From positions 1 through 64,000 of the forward strand of contig JALGVI010000017.1 in assembly GCA_029838215.1 (NCBI GenBank): a stretch of 64,000 nt of DNA, written 5' to 3'. The stretch comes from Candidatus Helarchaeota archaeon (GTDB lineage: Archaea; Asgardarchaeota; Lokiarchaeia; Helarchaeales; RDOG01). The position numbers and the translations under genes were made by a program. The notes under the pieces are model-generated. The model had not been told where the DNA came from. It saw only the letters and a program-made list of their open reading frames with translations, and searched no databases. Positions 9,776 through 18,603 of this stretch are shown here, in pieces (position 1 is the first letter of the stretch; every line of letters starts with the position of its first letter).

Positions 9776-11032
9776 ATGGCAACGCATTTTATTAAAGACC
9801 CAGTATATGGATACATTACAATTTCGGATTCTCAAAAGAAATTGATAGATTCTTATCCAATGCAACGCTTGAGAAGAATTCGTCAATTATGTGGATCTGA
9901 TTATGTATATGTTGGTGCCACACATTGTAGATTTTCACATTCATTGGGAGTTTCCAATTTAGCCGAACAACTCATCACTAATTTGGTTAATAAACTCGAT
10001 CTTGATCCCATTTACATTGAGAAAATTAAACTTGCAGGATTGCTGCATGACGTTGGTCATGGTCCATTTTCTCACGTATTTGAAACGATTTTGATAAATG
10101 ACTTGCAAAAAAATCATGAGGACATGACCTCATGGTTAATTCAAGAATCGGAATTGAATTCAATTTTAGAGGAGACTGGATTCGATGCGAAGGAAATTGC
10201 GAAAATGGCGGTGGGAAAATCTGGAAGAAAAGGTGAACTTTTTCTCGATCAGATCATTTCGAGTGCAGTAGATGTTGACTCAATGGATTATATCATACGA
10301 GATAGCCATTTTTCTGGCGCAGAATATGGTTTTGTCGATATTTTTCGTCTTCTTTATACAATGGAAGTAATAAATGGAAATCTCGCCATTAATCTAAATG
10401 CATTATCCACGTTAGAATCGTTTATTCTCGCCCGGTATGAATCATTCAAGAGTATTTATTTTCACAAGACCTCTCGAGCAGTTCAGATCATGCTTGAGCA
10501 AGCCCTTCATAAAGCAAAAGAGGACTTGGGGTTAAATTCTTTTAATCAACCTGACGATTATCTAAAATGGGATGATTACACGGCTTGGAGCGCATTATTA
10601 AAAAATCCCTTATCTCGACCCATAATTGAAAGAATCGCACGTCGTCAGTTATTAAAGGTTGCCTATGAACAGACTTCAATGGTCAAACAAGAATTATTTC
10701 CTTCTCTGTTGAATAAGGAATCAATACGTAATCAAATTAAGGTCGAGATTGCCGAAGAGGCAAATGTAAACCCTGAATTCATTTGGATAGACGTGCCTAA
10801 TTTGCCCACTGTTCCTTATTTTCTATCCATCAATCTTGAACCAATGGAGATACCTGTCTTTCAAAAAAGCAAGACCGGAGAAAAAAAAATTATGAATTTG
10901 ACGGAATTGTCCGGAGTGATTAATGTCTTAAGAGGGTACTTAAACATAATGCGAGTGTATACCTTAGAGAATTTTCGTAATCACGTGAGAAAAGCAGCGG
11001 AAAAAGTCTTGGGCGCCTCTCCCATTGGTTAA
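9776..11032 (+). CDS. HD-domain dNTP triphosphohydrolase (SAMHD1-like)
   Basis: Motifs IKDPVYG, QRLRRIRQL, HCRFSHSLG, LLHDVGHGPFSH, DVDSMDYIIRD, IYFHKT. Confidence 0.9.
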   Translation: MATHFIKDPVYGYITISDSQKKLIDSYPMQRLRRIRQLCGSDYVYVGATHCRFSHSLGVSNLAEQLITNLVNKLDLDPIYIEKIKLAGLLHDVGHGPFSHVFETILINDLQKNHEDMTSWLIQESELNSILEETGFDAKEIAKMAVGKSGRKGELFLDQIISSAVDVDSMDYIIRDSHFSGAEYGFVDIFRLLYTMEVINGNLAINLNALSTLESFILARYESFKSIYFHKTSRAVQIMLEQALHKAKEDLGLNSFNQPDDYLKWDDYTAWSALLKNPLSRPIIERIARRQLLKVAYEQTSMVKQELFPSLLNKESIRNQIKVEIAEEANVNPEFIWIDVPNLPTVPYFLSINLEPMEIPVFQKSKTGEKKIMNLTELSGVINVLRGYLNIMRVYTLENFRNHVRKAAEKVLGASPIG

Positions 11033-11061
11033 ACTTTTAAATTTTACTCAGGAGAAACATC

Positions 11062-11352
11062 ATGCCTGTTGATTGTTCGAATTGCGTGAAGAATCCAGAA
11101 AATATAGATATCGCTCGAAAGGATTTAGAGTGTCCCGTAAACGAAAAATATAAAGAAAACCACGAATCTTGTGATTTTAAAGAAACCATTGAACAATTAA
11201 ATGAACGATTGAAGCAAAGTCCTAAATTTTATTGCCCAAAGCACGGTTGGAATCGAGGATGGTTATCATATCGTCCTGTTGCAGGTAGCTCTGCACCACA
11301 ATTTAGATTTTGTCCGATTAAAGGATGTAATCATCGCACTCGAGGTCAATGA
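11062..11352 (+). CDS. Small Cys/His-rich putative zinc-finger protein
   Basis: CSNC..C..C..CPKH..CPIKGC; SD-like CAGGAG upstream; follows the HD gene on the same strand. Confidence 0.65.
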   Translation: MPVDCSNCVKNPENIDIARKDLECPVNEKYKENHESCDFKETIEQLNERLKQSPKFYCPKHGWNRGWLSYRPVAGSSAPQFRFCPIKGCNHRTRGQ

Positions 11353-11359
11353 CTTATTC

Positions 11360-11563
11360 TCATGGAAGATCTATGCAATCGTATAAATCTAAAATCAAGC
11401 ACAATCTTAATAGCTCACAATTCTTGCAGTCATGTGAACAAAGACGCAAGCACTCAATGTTTAACTTGATTCTATCTCCACTATTTCTTGCATTAAATCG
11501 TAATTGCACGCGTGGTCTTTTTGGTGCTTGAATTAATTCGTTTTGATCTGTTAATGCTTTCAC
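11360..11563 (-). CDS. Small Cys-rich hypothetical protein
   Basis: C-terminal CxxxCxxxCxxCxxxxxC...C cluster; GTG start; fills the gap downstream of the peptidase gene. Confidence 0.4.
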   Translation of the reverse strand: MKALTDQNELIQAPKRPRVQLRFNARNSGDRIKLNIECLRLCSHDCKNCELLRLCLILDLYDCIDLP

Positions 11564-11720
11564 TCTACCATCTCACTGTATTACTTTCATGACATCTCTC
11601 TCAAGAATTTATATTTAAAGACCACAAATTTTGAAATTTAAAAATCTCCATTTACAAACACGTGAGATTGTAGAAAATATATCGGAAGAAGGCGTGTTTA
11701 ACCAGATTAAAGCAATTTCT

Positions 11721-12524
11721 CTATGGAATTTTGGTATTCTTGCGGAATGGTAGACGGAGTGCCTTGCGAATGATTTTTTCCATTTCTAGTTGTTCTTCAT
11801 CTGAATATTTGAAAGCATAAAAACGCGCTTCAATTTTTCTTTTTGATTTATTAATGAAGATAGTTTTTGATCCAGCTCGAGAGTCATGAACTTGAATAAG
11901 GAAATCGCCTTTAGATTTCTGAATGTCTTTAACAGTCACCCAATGACCTGGTAATCCCAATAAAAGTCCATCTTTAACGCATTCAATTAGAAGAGAAAAA
12001 TGTTTTTTGAATTCGGAAATAGAGGTAAGAACCAAACTACCGGTTCCATCATCCGAATTAAAGAGACGCGCCTCAGCCCCAAATAAAGCATTTAAAACAC
12101 GAAGTTCTAAATTTGTCTTGTACTCGTTCAAGTAATCCATTAATAGAATTTTTCGAACAATTCCTCGGTTCATGTATATAGAAACTGCCCTTTGCAAATC
12201 AGCGTGCTGATGTTGTTTTGCCAATTCTTTTTTTTGATACATTTGATTTTCGAGCATCATGTCGAAATAATCCATTGATTCCTGTATTTTCGACTGCATT
12301 TTCAGTCTTAACAAGTGATGTGAATGAGTTTTAAGAAGTAAGTACCCGCAGGCGATTTGCCAATTGATTGCATGATGTTCATTTGGATCCAGCTTAATTT
12401 TTTTAGTAATGTCGTTTAGCAATGGAGAAAGTCGATTTTTTTCGGGTGTGAGCATCATCAGGGTGGCTGCAAACCCGCACGTATTCATAATTTGACCATA
12501 AAGAGCAATGTCTCTGGAAGCCAT
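11721..12524 (-). CDS. Papain-like cysteine peptidase (C39-like)
   Basis: GQIMNTCGFAATLMML (Q...CG), GHWVTV (His), VHDS (Asp). Start taken at ATG 12524, 1 nt after the upstream stop. Confidence 0.68.
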   Translation of the reverse strand: MASRDIALYGQIMNTCGFAATLMMLTPEKNRLSPLLNDITKKIKLDPNEHHAINWQIACGYLLLKTHSHHLLRLKMQSKIQESMDYFDMMLENQMYQKKELAKQHQHADLQRAVSIYMNRGIVRKILLMDYLNEYKTNLELRVLNALFGAEARLFNSDDGTGSLVLTSISEFKKHFSLLIECVKDGLLLGLPGHWVTVKDIQKSKGDFLIQVHDSRAGSKTIFINKSKRKIEARFYAFKYSDEEQLEMEKIIRKALRLPFRKNTKIP

Positions 12525-12525
12525 T

Positions 12526-14022
12526 TTAACGTGTCGCCTTATTCTTTCGGTGATAGAAGTCACAATATTCTACGAAAGTCTTGAGTGCCCGAGCGGCTGA
12601 TTCAATACTTAAAAAGACAGGAAATCGCTGAAGAAAGAATTCCCAGTCTTCGATTAATTTATGAAAAAAGATTATCGGGGGTATGATGAATAAAACGGGC
12701 TTTCCGGCCTTCTTTATTTCATTAAGGCTCTTGGAAAGCCGTTCATAAAACATGCCAATCCATTTTGTCCGCTCAATCCAATATGGATCGTCCATTCTCG
12801 TGTATTGAATGTTTAATTCAAAAATTATGCAGTCCGTGTTTTTGTCTTTTTTAATTGCGGTAAAAATCTTATCGAGGGAAGCAAAATTAAAGAAATCTGA
12901 AGCTAGATCGACGGGATTCTTCATTGAGTTACCGACCAAGAATTGAAGGGAATTTGTCAAGTCTTCAATGGTAGATTCGTGTAACCTAGGGACTGTCAGA
13001 CCCTCACTCACTAATACATCTGTATATGAAACAGATACCCCTCCCGAAATGGAAATAATGCACACTTTACCTTTTAAATCACCATACTTCTTGTAATTAT
13101 AATAATTGAACATGACGATAATGTCGATTAGCTCATCAAATCCCTTGACATTGATGAAGCCAGTCTGTTTTTGTAATGCTTGCCACAATTGTCTTGACCC
13201 TGTTGATCCCATTATTGCTCCCGTGTGTGACTGTGCGGCTCGTGCACCTTCTGGTGTTTGTCCTCCTTTCCAAAAGGCAATTGGTTTTTTTCTGGCAATT
13301 TTTTTCACTATTTCAAAGAATTCTCGCCCTTTTTTAGGTTTGAGACCTTCCAAATAAATTCCTATAAATCGAGTGGACCTATCATCGTTCAAGTATTTCA
13401 AAAAGTCAATGACATCTAAATCAACTTGATTCCCAAAAGATACTACTTTTGAGAGCGCAATTCCTAAATTTGCCAATTTATAACTAATGTTTTGAGCCAA
13501 TCCGCCACTTTGACTCAGGATGGAAATGTGACCTTTAAATTTAGATAAACCATAATTGAAGTGTAGCCTATTCGGAACATATAAACCCATACAATTTGGA
13601 CCGATGACCCGCGTTTTATAATTGTTTTCTTTAATCATATCCCGGATTTGTTCTTCAAGTTTTATATTTTCTGGAATTCCAGTTTCAGAAAAACCTGACG
13701 TGAAAATTGTGATGAGCCTGACGTTCCTTTCAAAGCATTGTTTTAAAACTCCAGGCACTCTCTTATTTGGGATAGAAATCAAACAATAATCAATGGTTTC
13801 ACTTTCAGGAATGTCCAATATTGATTTATAAAATGGAATTCCAAGATGAGATTCTATGTTTGGATTGATAGGAAATATTTTTCCGCGAAACCCGGCTTGA
13901 ACAAAATTGTTTAGCCACCAAAATCCTCTTTTTTTGCTTACTCCGACTATGGCAATGGAATTAGGTTTAAAAAAGGAATCGAATCTCTTGAATTCGTCTG
14001 GACTAAGAATTTTTAACTCCAT
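12526..14022 (-). CDS. Acyl-CoA synthetase (NDP-forming) alpha subunit, second paralog
   Basis: Motifs SIAIVGVS, IGPNCMG, SQSGG, SFGNQ, YLEG, QSHTG, NPVD. Confidence 0.88.
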   Translation of the reverse strand: MELKILSPDEFKRFDSFFKPNSIAIVGVSKKRGFWWLNNFVQAGFRGKIFPINPNIESHLGIPFYKSILDIPESETIDYCLISIPNKRVPGVLKQCFERNVRLITIFTSGFSETGIPENIKLEEQIRDMIKENNYKTRVIGPNCMGLYVPNRLHFNYGLSKFKGHISILSQSGGLAQNISYKLANLGIALSKVVSFGNQVDLDVIDFLKYLNDDRSTRFIGIYLEGLKPKKGREFFEIVKKIARKKPIAFWKGGQTPEGARAAQSHTGAIMGSTGSRQLWQALQKQTGFINVKGFDELIDIIVMFNYYNYKKYGDLKGKVCIISISGGVSVSYTDVLVSEGLTVPRLHESTIEDLTNSLQFLVGNSMKNPVDLASDFFNFASLDKIFTAIKKDKNTDCIIFELNIQYTRMDDPYWIERTKWIGMFYERLSKSLNEIKKAGKPVLFIIPPIIFFHKLIEDWEFFLQRFPVFLSIESAARALKTFVEYCDFYHRKNKATR

Positions 14023-14136
14023 GTTTTAAATTCAATCCAAATTCTATTTTAAAGATTCTGAATTGAGAAAAAAAATTTGACTCATTCAATTTTTATTTAA
14101 TGGAAATCTAGAGCTTCTAAATCAAAAGAATTTTCA

Positions 14137-14649
14137 ATGAAAATGGCTGAATGTCAATTTTTTTGTCTTATCAAAAGCCAAATCACAATGAATTTAAATA
14201 TAAAAAGCACAAAGAACTATTTTGTGTGCAATCTTGGAAGCATGGAATGGAAATCTTCTTCCGAGCACTATCACGTGATTAAAAGCATTGAAAAATTGAG
14301 CAAATACCGAGGTCTTGAAATGTGCCCAAAGGAAAAGGGTCCAGTATTGGAAGCAGAGCTTTACGAATTAAACGTTCCGGGGTCATTAATTCTTAAAGAA
14401 GTCATGGATTCTAAAGCAAAACGCATTGGAGTAGTGCGTTGTGTCAAGCTTACGTTTCCACCTAAAGTCGAGTTAATCATAAAGGGTCTTGACATGGAAA
14501 TCCCAATTGATTATAAAAACGTGAGCAAGGTCGGCACCGTGATTCAGCTTAAGACGAAAATTCCCGTAGCAGAAGAGTGTGATACCAACGAAATCATTCG
14601 ATTACAAGAAGAAATCAAGAATGAAATGAAGGAATTGTATTCTGGATAA
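14137..14649 (+). CDS. PRC-barrel domain protein
   Basis: LILKEVMDSKAKRIGVV...IPIDYKNVSKVGTVIQL matches the PRC-barrel pattern; likely start is ATG 14242. Confidence 0.6.
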   Translation: MKMAECQFFCLIKSQITMNLNIKSTKNYFVCNLGSMEWKSSSEHYHVIKSIEKLSKYRGLEMCPKEKGPVLEAELYELNVPGSLILKEVMDSKAKRIGVVRCVKLTFPPKVELIIKGLDMEIPIDYKNVSKVGTVIQLKTKIPVAEECDTNEIIRLQEEIKNEMKELYSG

Positions 14650-14671
14650 TTTCCATTCCAATTTAATATTT

Positions 14672-15214
14672 GTGAAAATCATGTTATTTAATCTAAAGGA
14701 TAAAACTCCTAAAATTCACGAAACTTGTTTTATTGCTCCGAATGCATTGATAATAGGGGATGTCCGGCTCAAGGAAAACTCCAGTATTTGGTTTAATTGT
14801 GTCCTGCGAGCCGATAAAGGATCGATCATCGTTGATAAAAATTCAATAATAGAGGATAATTGCATCATCCACGGCATGGGAAAAACGAATATAGGCGAAA
14901 ATGTCATCATCGGACATAATACTATCATCCATTCTTCATCTATTGGTAAAGATGTCCTTATAGGTTCGAATTGCGTGTTGATGGATGGAGTGGTTGTCGG
15001 TGCGGGAACGATGATCGAAGCTGGAAGCCAGATCTTGCCGCACGTGCAAATTCAACCTCGGGTTTTCGTGCGAGCCAATAATGCAATCAGAAAAAAAAAC
15101 CATTACAGTGTTTTGAGAAAAATTAAACCTGAGATTTTAGAACGAAATCTAAACTTCATCAGGGCCTACGGCGAATTGGCTCAATATTATAAGAAAAATC
15201 TCAAGACAAAATAA
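14672..15214 (+). CDS. Gamma-class carbonic anhydrase family (hexapeptide repeat)
   Basis: IAPNALIIGDV, IWFNCVLRAD, DNCIIH, IGHNTIIH (three His ligands). Confidence 0.9.
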   Translation: MKIMLFNLKDKTPKIHETCFIAPNALIIGDVRLKENSSIWFNCVLRADKGSIIVDKNSIIEDNCIIHGMGKTNIGENVIIGHNTIIHSSSIGKDVLIGSNCVLMDGVVVGAGTMIEAGSQILPHVQIQPRVFVRANNAIRKKNHYSVLRKIKPEILERNLNFIRAYGELAQYYKKNLKTK

Positions 15215-15216
15215 AA

Positions 15217-15588
15217 TTACTTATTTCCTTCTATATTTGGGGTTCCAATGCGTTTTATCCGTTCAATACTATCAAGTAGGGCGAGTAATACTCGAAGTAG
15301 CGAATTTAATTCATCAAGATTTTTCTCTTTGCTAATCAAGGCATTGATGTAATTGAGTTTTTGATTAAGGACCTTTTTCAACTCTAAAAGACCTGATTCT
15401 TGCATTAATGCAGTTATTCCTTCATCGCCTTTGGTTTTAATCACGCGTTTCTCACAATTAGCGCAGAAAAGCTGTTTCGATTTATCCAAGAATAATGGTG
15501 ATTGACAGGCTGGACATACATCTGAAACCATGGTATAGCCTTTCCTTAGCATTTGAGCCATTTTCTTAATGTGTCCTTCTTCTTCCAT
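15217..15588 (-). CDS. UPF0148 / Sjogren syndrome-scleroderma autoantigen 1 family Zn-ribbon protein
   Basis: KKMAQMLRKGYTM...CPACQSPLF...FCANC. Confidence 0.85.
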   Translation of the reverse strand: MEEEGHIKKMAQMLRKGYTMVSDVCPACQSPLFLDKSKQLFCANCEKRVIKTKGDEGITALMQESGLLELKKVLNQKLNYINALISKEKNLDELNSLLRVLLALLDSIERIKRIGTPNIEGNK

Positions 15589-15743
15589 TTAAAACCCGTG
15601 CCTACTAACTGATGATTAACCTTAATACTTTTTGAGCGTGAAGAAATCCATTTTTTTTTACGTGAAGCCGAAAAAAATTCTTAAACACAAACAATTTAAA
15701 TTAGAAAACTTTTATGTTTTTTCATTAGTAGAGGTCTGAGAAC

Positions 15744-17192
15744 TTGTCTGAATCCAAATTTACCGTGAAAATCAGAGGTATCTATTCAACTTTTTTAACG
15801 AAGTTGTTATCCAATTACTTTGGAATTACTAAAGCCACAGACATCATCAAGTCTCGCATGGATTTACCTTTTCATGAAGTTGATCCCGACATTACCATTA
15901 CGAATGCCCGTGAGCTCCAAAAAATTCACGTGAGTGGGAAGAAAGAAGCAATTGAAGAATTTATAAAAGTTATTCGAGAAGAATTTCCTGACACGATAAT
16001 TTGCTCATCTCAGTCTGGCGAAAATGCCATTTACAAGGGAATTGTAGTAAAAAACAATTATGATAAGAGATTTTCTATCGTGAATTTTGGCAATTTCAAG
16101 GCAATATTAGAAAATGAATTGGTAAGGCCAGGAAAAGAGATCTTGGCTAGAATTGAAACACCTGATTTTGGAAGAAAAAAGGCGATTGCAACAACAAATG
16201 TCACGATACCCGGATTATATGCCGTGTTGCTATTTAGAAATCGTAATAAAATTAGTCAACAAATTCGAAATCAACAGGTTCGGAAAAATCTTTATCGATT
16301 GGGCTCAAGGCTTCAAATGAAAGAATGGGGAATCCTTTGGAGAACTTCGGCCGAAGAGATCTTGGAAGAAGATGAAAATATCTTAATCGAGGAAGTTGAC
16401 CGATTACAGGAAAAGGCAAATTATATATTAAAACGTTATAATGAGATTCCTAATTTTGGTCTTGTATTCGAAGGTAAAAATATAATAAGCGTGGAGTTTC
16501 CATCACATTGTAAGCCATTGATGGACGAAATCCGCCGCTCTGTTGCTAGCATAGCGACTGTTAATAATCATCATTATTATAAATCTTTAAGCCGAGAATT
16601 TAATTTTTTAGTCGATTTTTCAGAAAAACTCGTCTATAAAAACCCCGATTATTTCGACCCGGTTAATAATGAGTTAAATGCCTTTTTTAGAACATTTTTT
16701 CCCACTAAAAATCAATTAGTTCACATTCATCACGTGAAGGTTGATTCACGCACATTTTACTTGACTCCTGGTAATCTTATTAGTATTGAGGATGATTTGA
16801 TCAAAATTAAGCGTAAAATCATTGCAAAAAAGCGTGCCAATTATAATGGATTAAATATCTTAAAAGAAGTCGGAGATTATGCCATACTAACTTGTCAGTT
16901 TGATAAATGGTACATGAGAACGGAATATTTTTCATCAAAGAATGAATTGAAGGGAGAATATTGGAACATTAATACGCCCATTGAACTTTATTTTGATCCG
17001 CATCGAATTCGGTATTGTGATTTGGAAATTGACCTCATTAGAAGGTCATCTGGAGAAATTGAAATCATTGACCAGGAAAAATTGGAATTGGTCTATGAAC
17101 ATAATTACATTTCTCAAGTATTGCGCGATAAGGCAATAAAGGTTGTAAACGAGTTAAAAGAAAAGTTAATGACTGGAAGTCAAATTTTTTAA
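15744..17192 (+). CDS. fau-1: Ribonuclease FAU-1 (RNase E/G-like plus DUF402)
   Basis: VKIRGIYST, S1-like region, WGILWRTSA, HHYYK, C-terminal ELKGEYWNINTPIE...DLEID. Confidence 0.88.
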   Translation: MSESKFTVKIRGIYSTFLTKLLSNYFGITKATDIIKSRMDLPFHEVDPDITITNARELQKIHVSGKKEAIEEFIKVIREEFPDTIICSSQSGENAIYKGIVVKNNYDKRFSIVNFGNFKAILENELVRPGKEILARIETPDFGRKKAIATTNVTIPGLYAVLLFRNRNKISQQIRNQQVRKNLYRLGSRLQMKEWGILWRTSAEEILEEDENILIEEVDRLQEKANYILKRYNEIPNFGLVFEGKNIISVEFPSHCKPLMDEIRRSVASIATVNNHHYYKSLSREFNFLVDFSEKLVYKNPDYFDPVNNELNAFFRTFFPTKNQLVHIHHVKVDSRTFYLTPGNLISIEDDLIKIKRKIIAKKRANYNGLNILKEVGDYAILTCQFDKWYMRTEYFSSKNELKGEYWNINTPIELYFDPHRIRYCDLEIDLIRRSSGEIEIIDQEKLELVYEHNYISQVLRDKAIKVVNELKEKLMTGSQIF

Positions 17193-17972
17193 GATCTTTG
17201 GTTTTAATGGCAGATTCGAAGCACAAATTGTAGTTCTCGTAGATATTGATAAATCTAAATCGTTGAGTGTTTTCCCATCTTCTGTATAAACGGTCCCGCC
17301 AGCCTCTTCGACAATGATCTTACCTGCTGCTAAATCTACGATTCGAAGTTTTTTTCTCAAGTCTATAAAAGCATCTAAATTTCCAGCCGCAACGTGACAA
17401 AGATCCAATGCAGAAGAGCCAAAAACTCGAATTTTTCGAACTTTACGTCCCAAGTTTATAAAACTCGAGAATTGTTTTTCTAAATTTTGAATGGAAATAT
17501 TTGTTGAAATAACGGCTTCTTTTAATTCGGATATGTTTGAGACTGAAATTTTTGTTTCATTTAAACTTGCGCCCCGATCTTTTATGGCTTCGAAAAGATT
17601 TCCTGATGTTAAATCCATTACAATGCCATAAAATAGATCTCCTAATTTATTGGAACTTGCTGTTGCGATAGATACACAAAAATATGGTAACCCTCTACTT
17701 GCATTTGTGGACCCGTCAATCGGATCTAGGATGATGTAATGTTCAGGTGAATTACCGATTTGTATCTCTCCAATTTCTTCACTAATTAAATTAAATGAAT
17801 GGCCTTTAGATTTTAAATATTTAATTACAGTTTCTTCGGCTATAATATCGATTTGTTCTAAGTCATCTCCTCCTGCTCCTTTTTTTCCTAGCAAGAAAGA
17901 TGTTCCAATTAATGGTTGAATATTTATCTTGACTTTTTTAACTGCATTTTTTAAATCTTTTATTAATATCAT
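17166..17972 (-). CDS. suhB: Inositol monophosphatase / FBPase family
   Basis: Motifs SEE, LDPIDGSTN, RVFGSSALDL, DLAAG..IVEEAGG. Confidence 0.92.
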   Translation of the reverse strand: MILIKDLKNAVKKVKINIQPLIGTSFLLGKKGAGGDDLEQIDIIAEETVIKYLKSKGHSFNLISEEIGEIQIGNSPEHYIILDPIDGSTNASRGLPYFCVSIATASSNKLGDLFYGIVMDLTSGNLFEAIKDRGASLNETKISVSNISELKEAVISTNISIQNLEKQFSSFINLGRKVRKIRVFGSSALDLCHVAAGNLDAFIDLRKKLRIVDLAAGKIIVEEAGGTVYTEDGKTLNDLDLSISTRTTICASNLPLKPKILKNLTSSH

Positions 17973-18107
17973 TTTATTTCACTAGTTATTGTCTAAATCT
18001 TATTAGATGAGAATAATGAGATCATTTATTAAATGTAAATCATTTTTTATGTTCATCAAGTTTTTTGTTTATAAAATTTAAATTGAATATAGATTTTTTA
18101 TAATTGT

Positions 18108-18194
18108 GCAGGAGTAGCCAAGCCTGGAAACGGCGCAAGGTTCAGGTCCTTGTCTCGTAGGAGTCCCTGGGTTCAAATCCCAGCTCCTGCACCA
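18108..18194 (+). tRNA. tRNA-Leu(CAG), CCA encoded
   Basis: Acceptor GCAGGAG/CTCCTGC, anticodon arm CAAGG-TTCAGGT-CCTTG, long variable arm, T-loop TTCAAAT. Confidence 0.96.
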
Positions 18195-18266
18195 TTTTTA
18201 TGTTTAATTTTAGTTTAGATATATAGCGAAACATTTGATAAAATAAATATAAGAACAAAAAAAATA

Positions 18267-18536
18267 ACCCCTATATTTCCTTTGAAAATGAAGTATAATT
18301 TCTTTTATTAACAATAAAATGTAAAAAAATTGATATGCTTCTCTAAAAAATTTGTAAAAAGCTATATAAATAAATTGAATGAATAACCGAATGAAGAGAT
18401 TTATTCCTATTTAATAAACATTTCTTTTTTTTAAGAGATTTAATTTTATAATAAATAATTTGGAATCGAAATCGAGGGGAGTCTTATATTTCAAAATTTG
18501 TATTATCCAAGTATTACCCCTTCATTTCCATTGGAA
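18267..18536. promoter_or_regulatory. ORB cluster A: three ORB/ORB-like boxes flanking an AT-rich tract (candidate replication origin)
   Basis: Boxes at 18267-18287 (minus, TTTCAAAGGAAATATAGGGGT), 18460-18480 (plus, TTGGAATCGAAATCGAGGGGA) and 18516-18536 (minus, TTCCAATGGAAATGAAGGGGT); 18288-18459 is about 84% A+T by my count. Confidence 0.75.
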
Positions 18537-18603
18537 GATCAAAATTTTATATTATTTTGCTTGAAAGTTTATATTAATTTAACCGAAAGAATGAGGCATT
18601 TTA

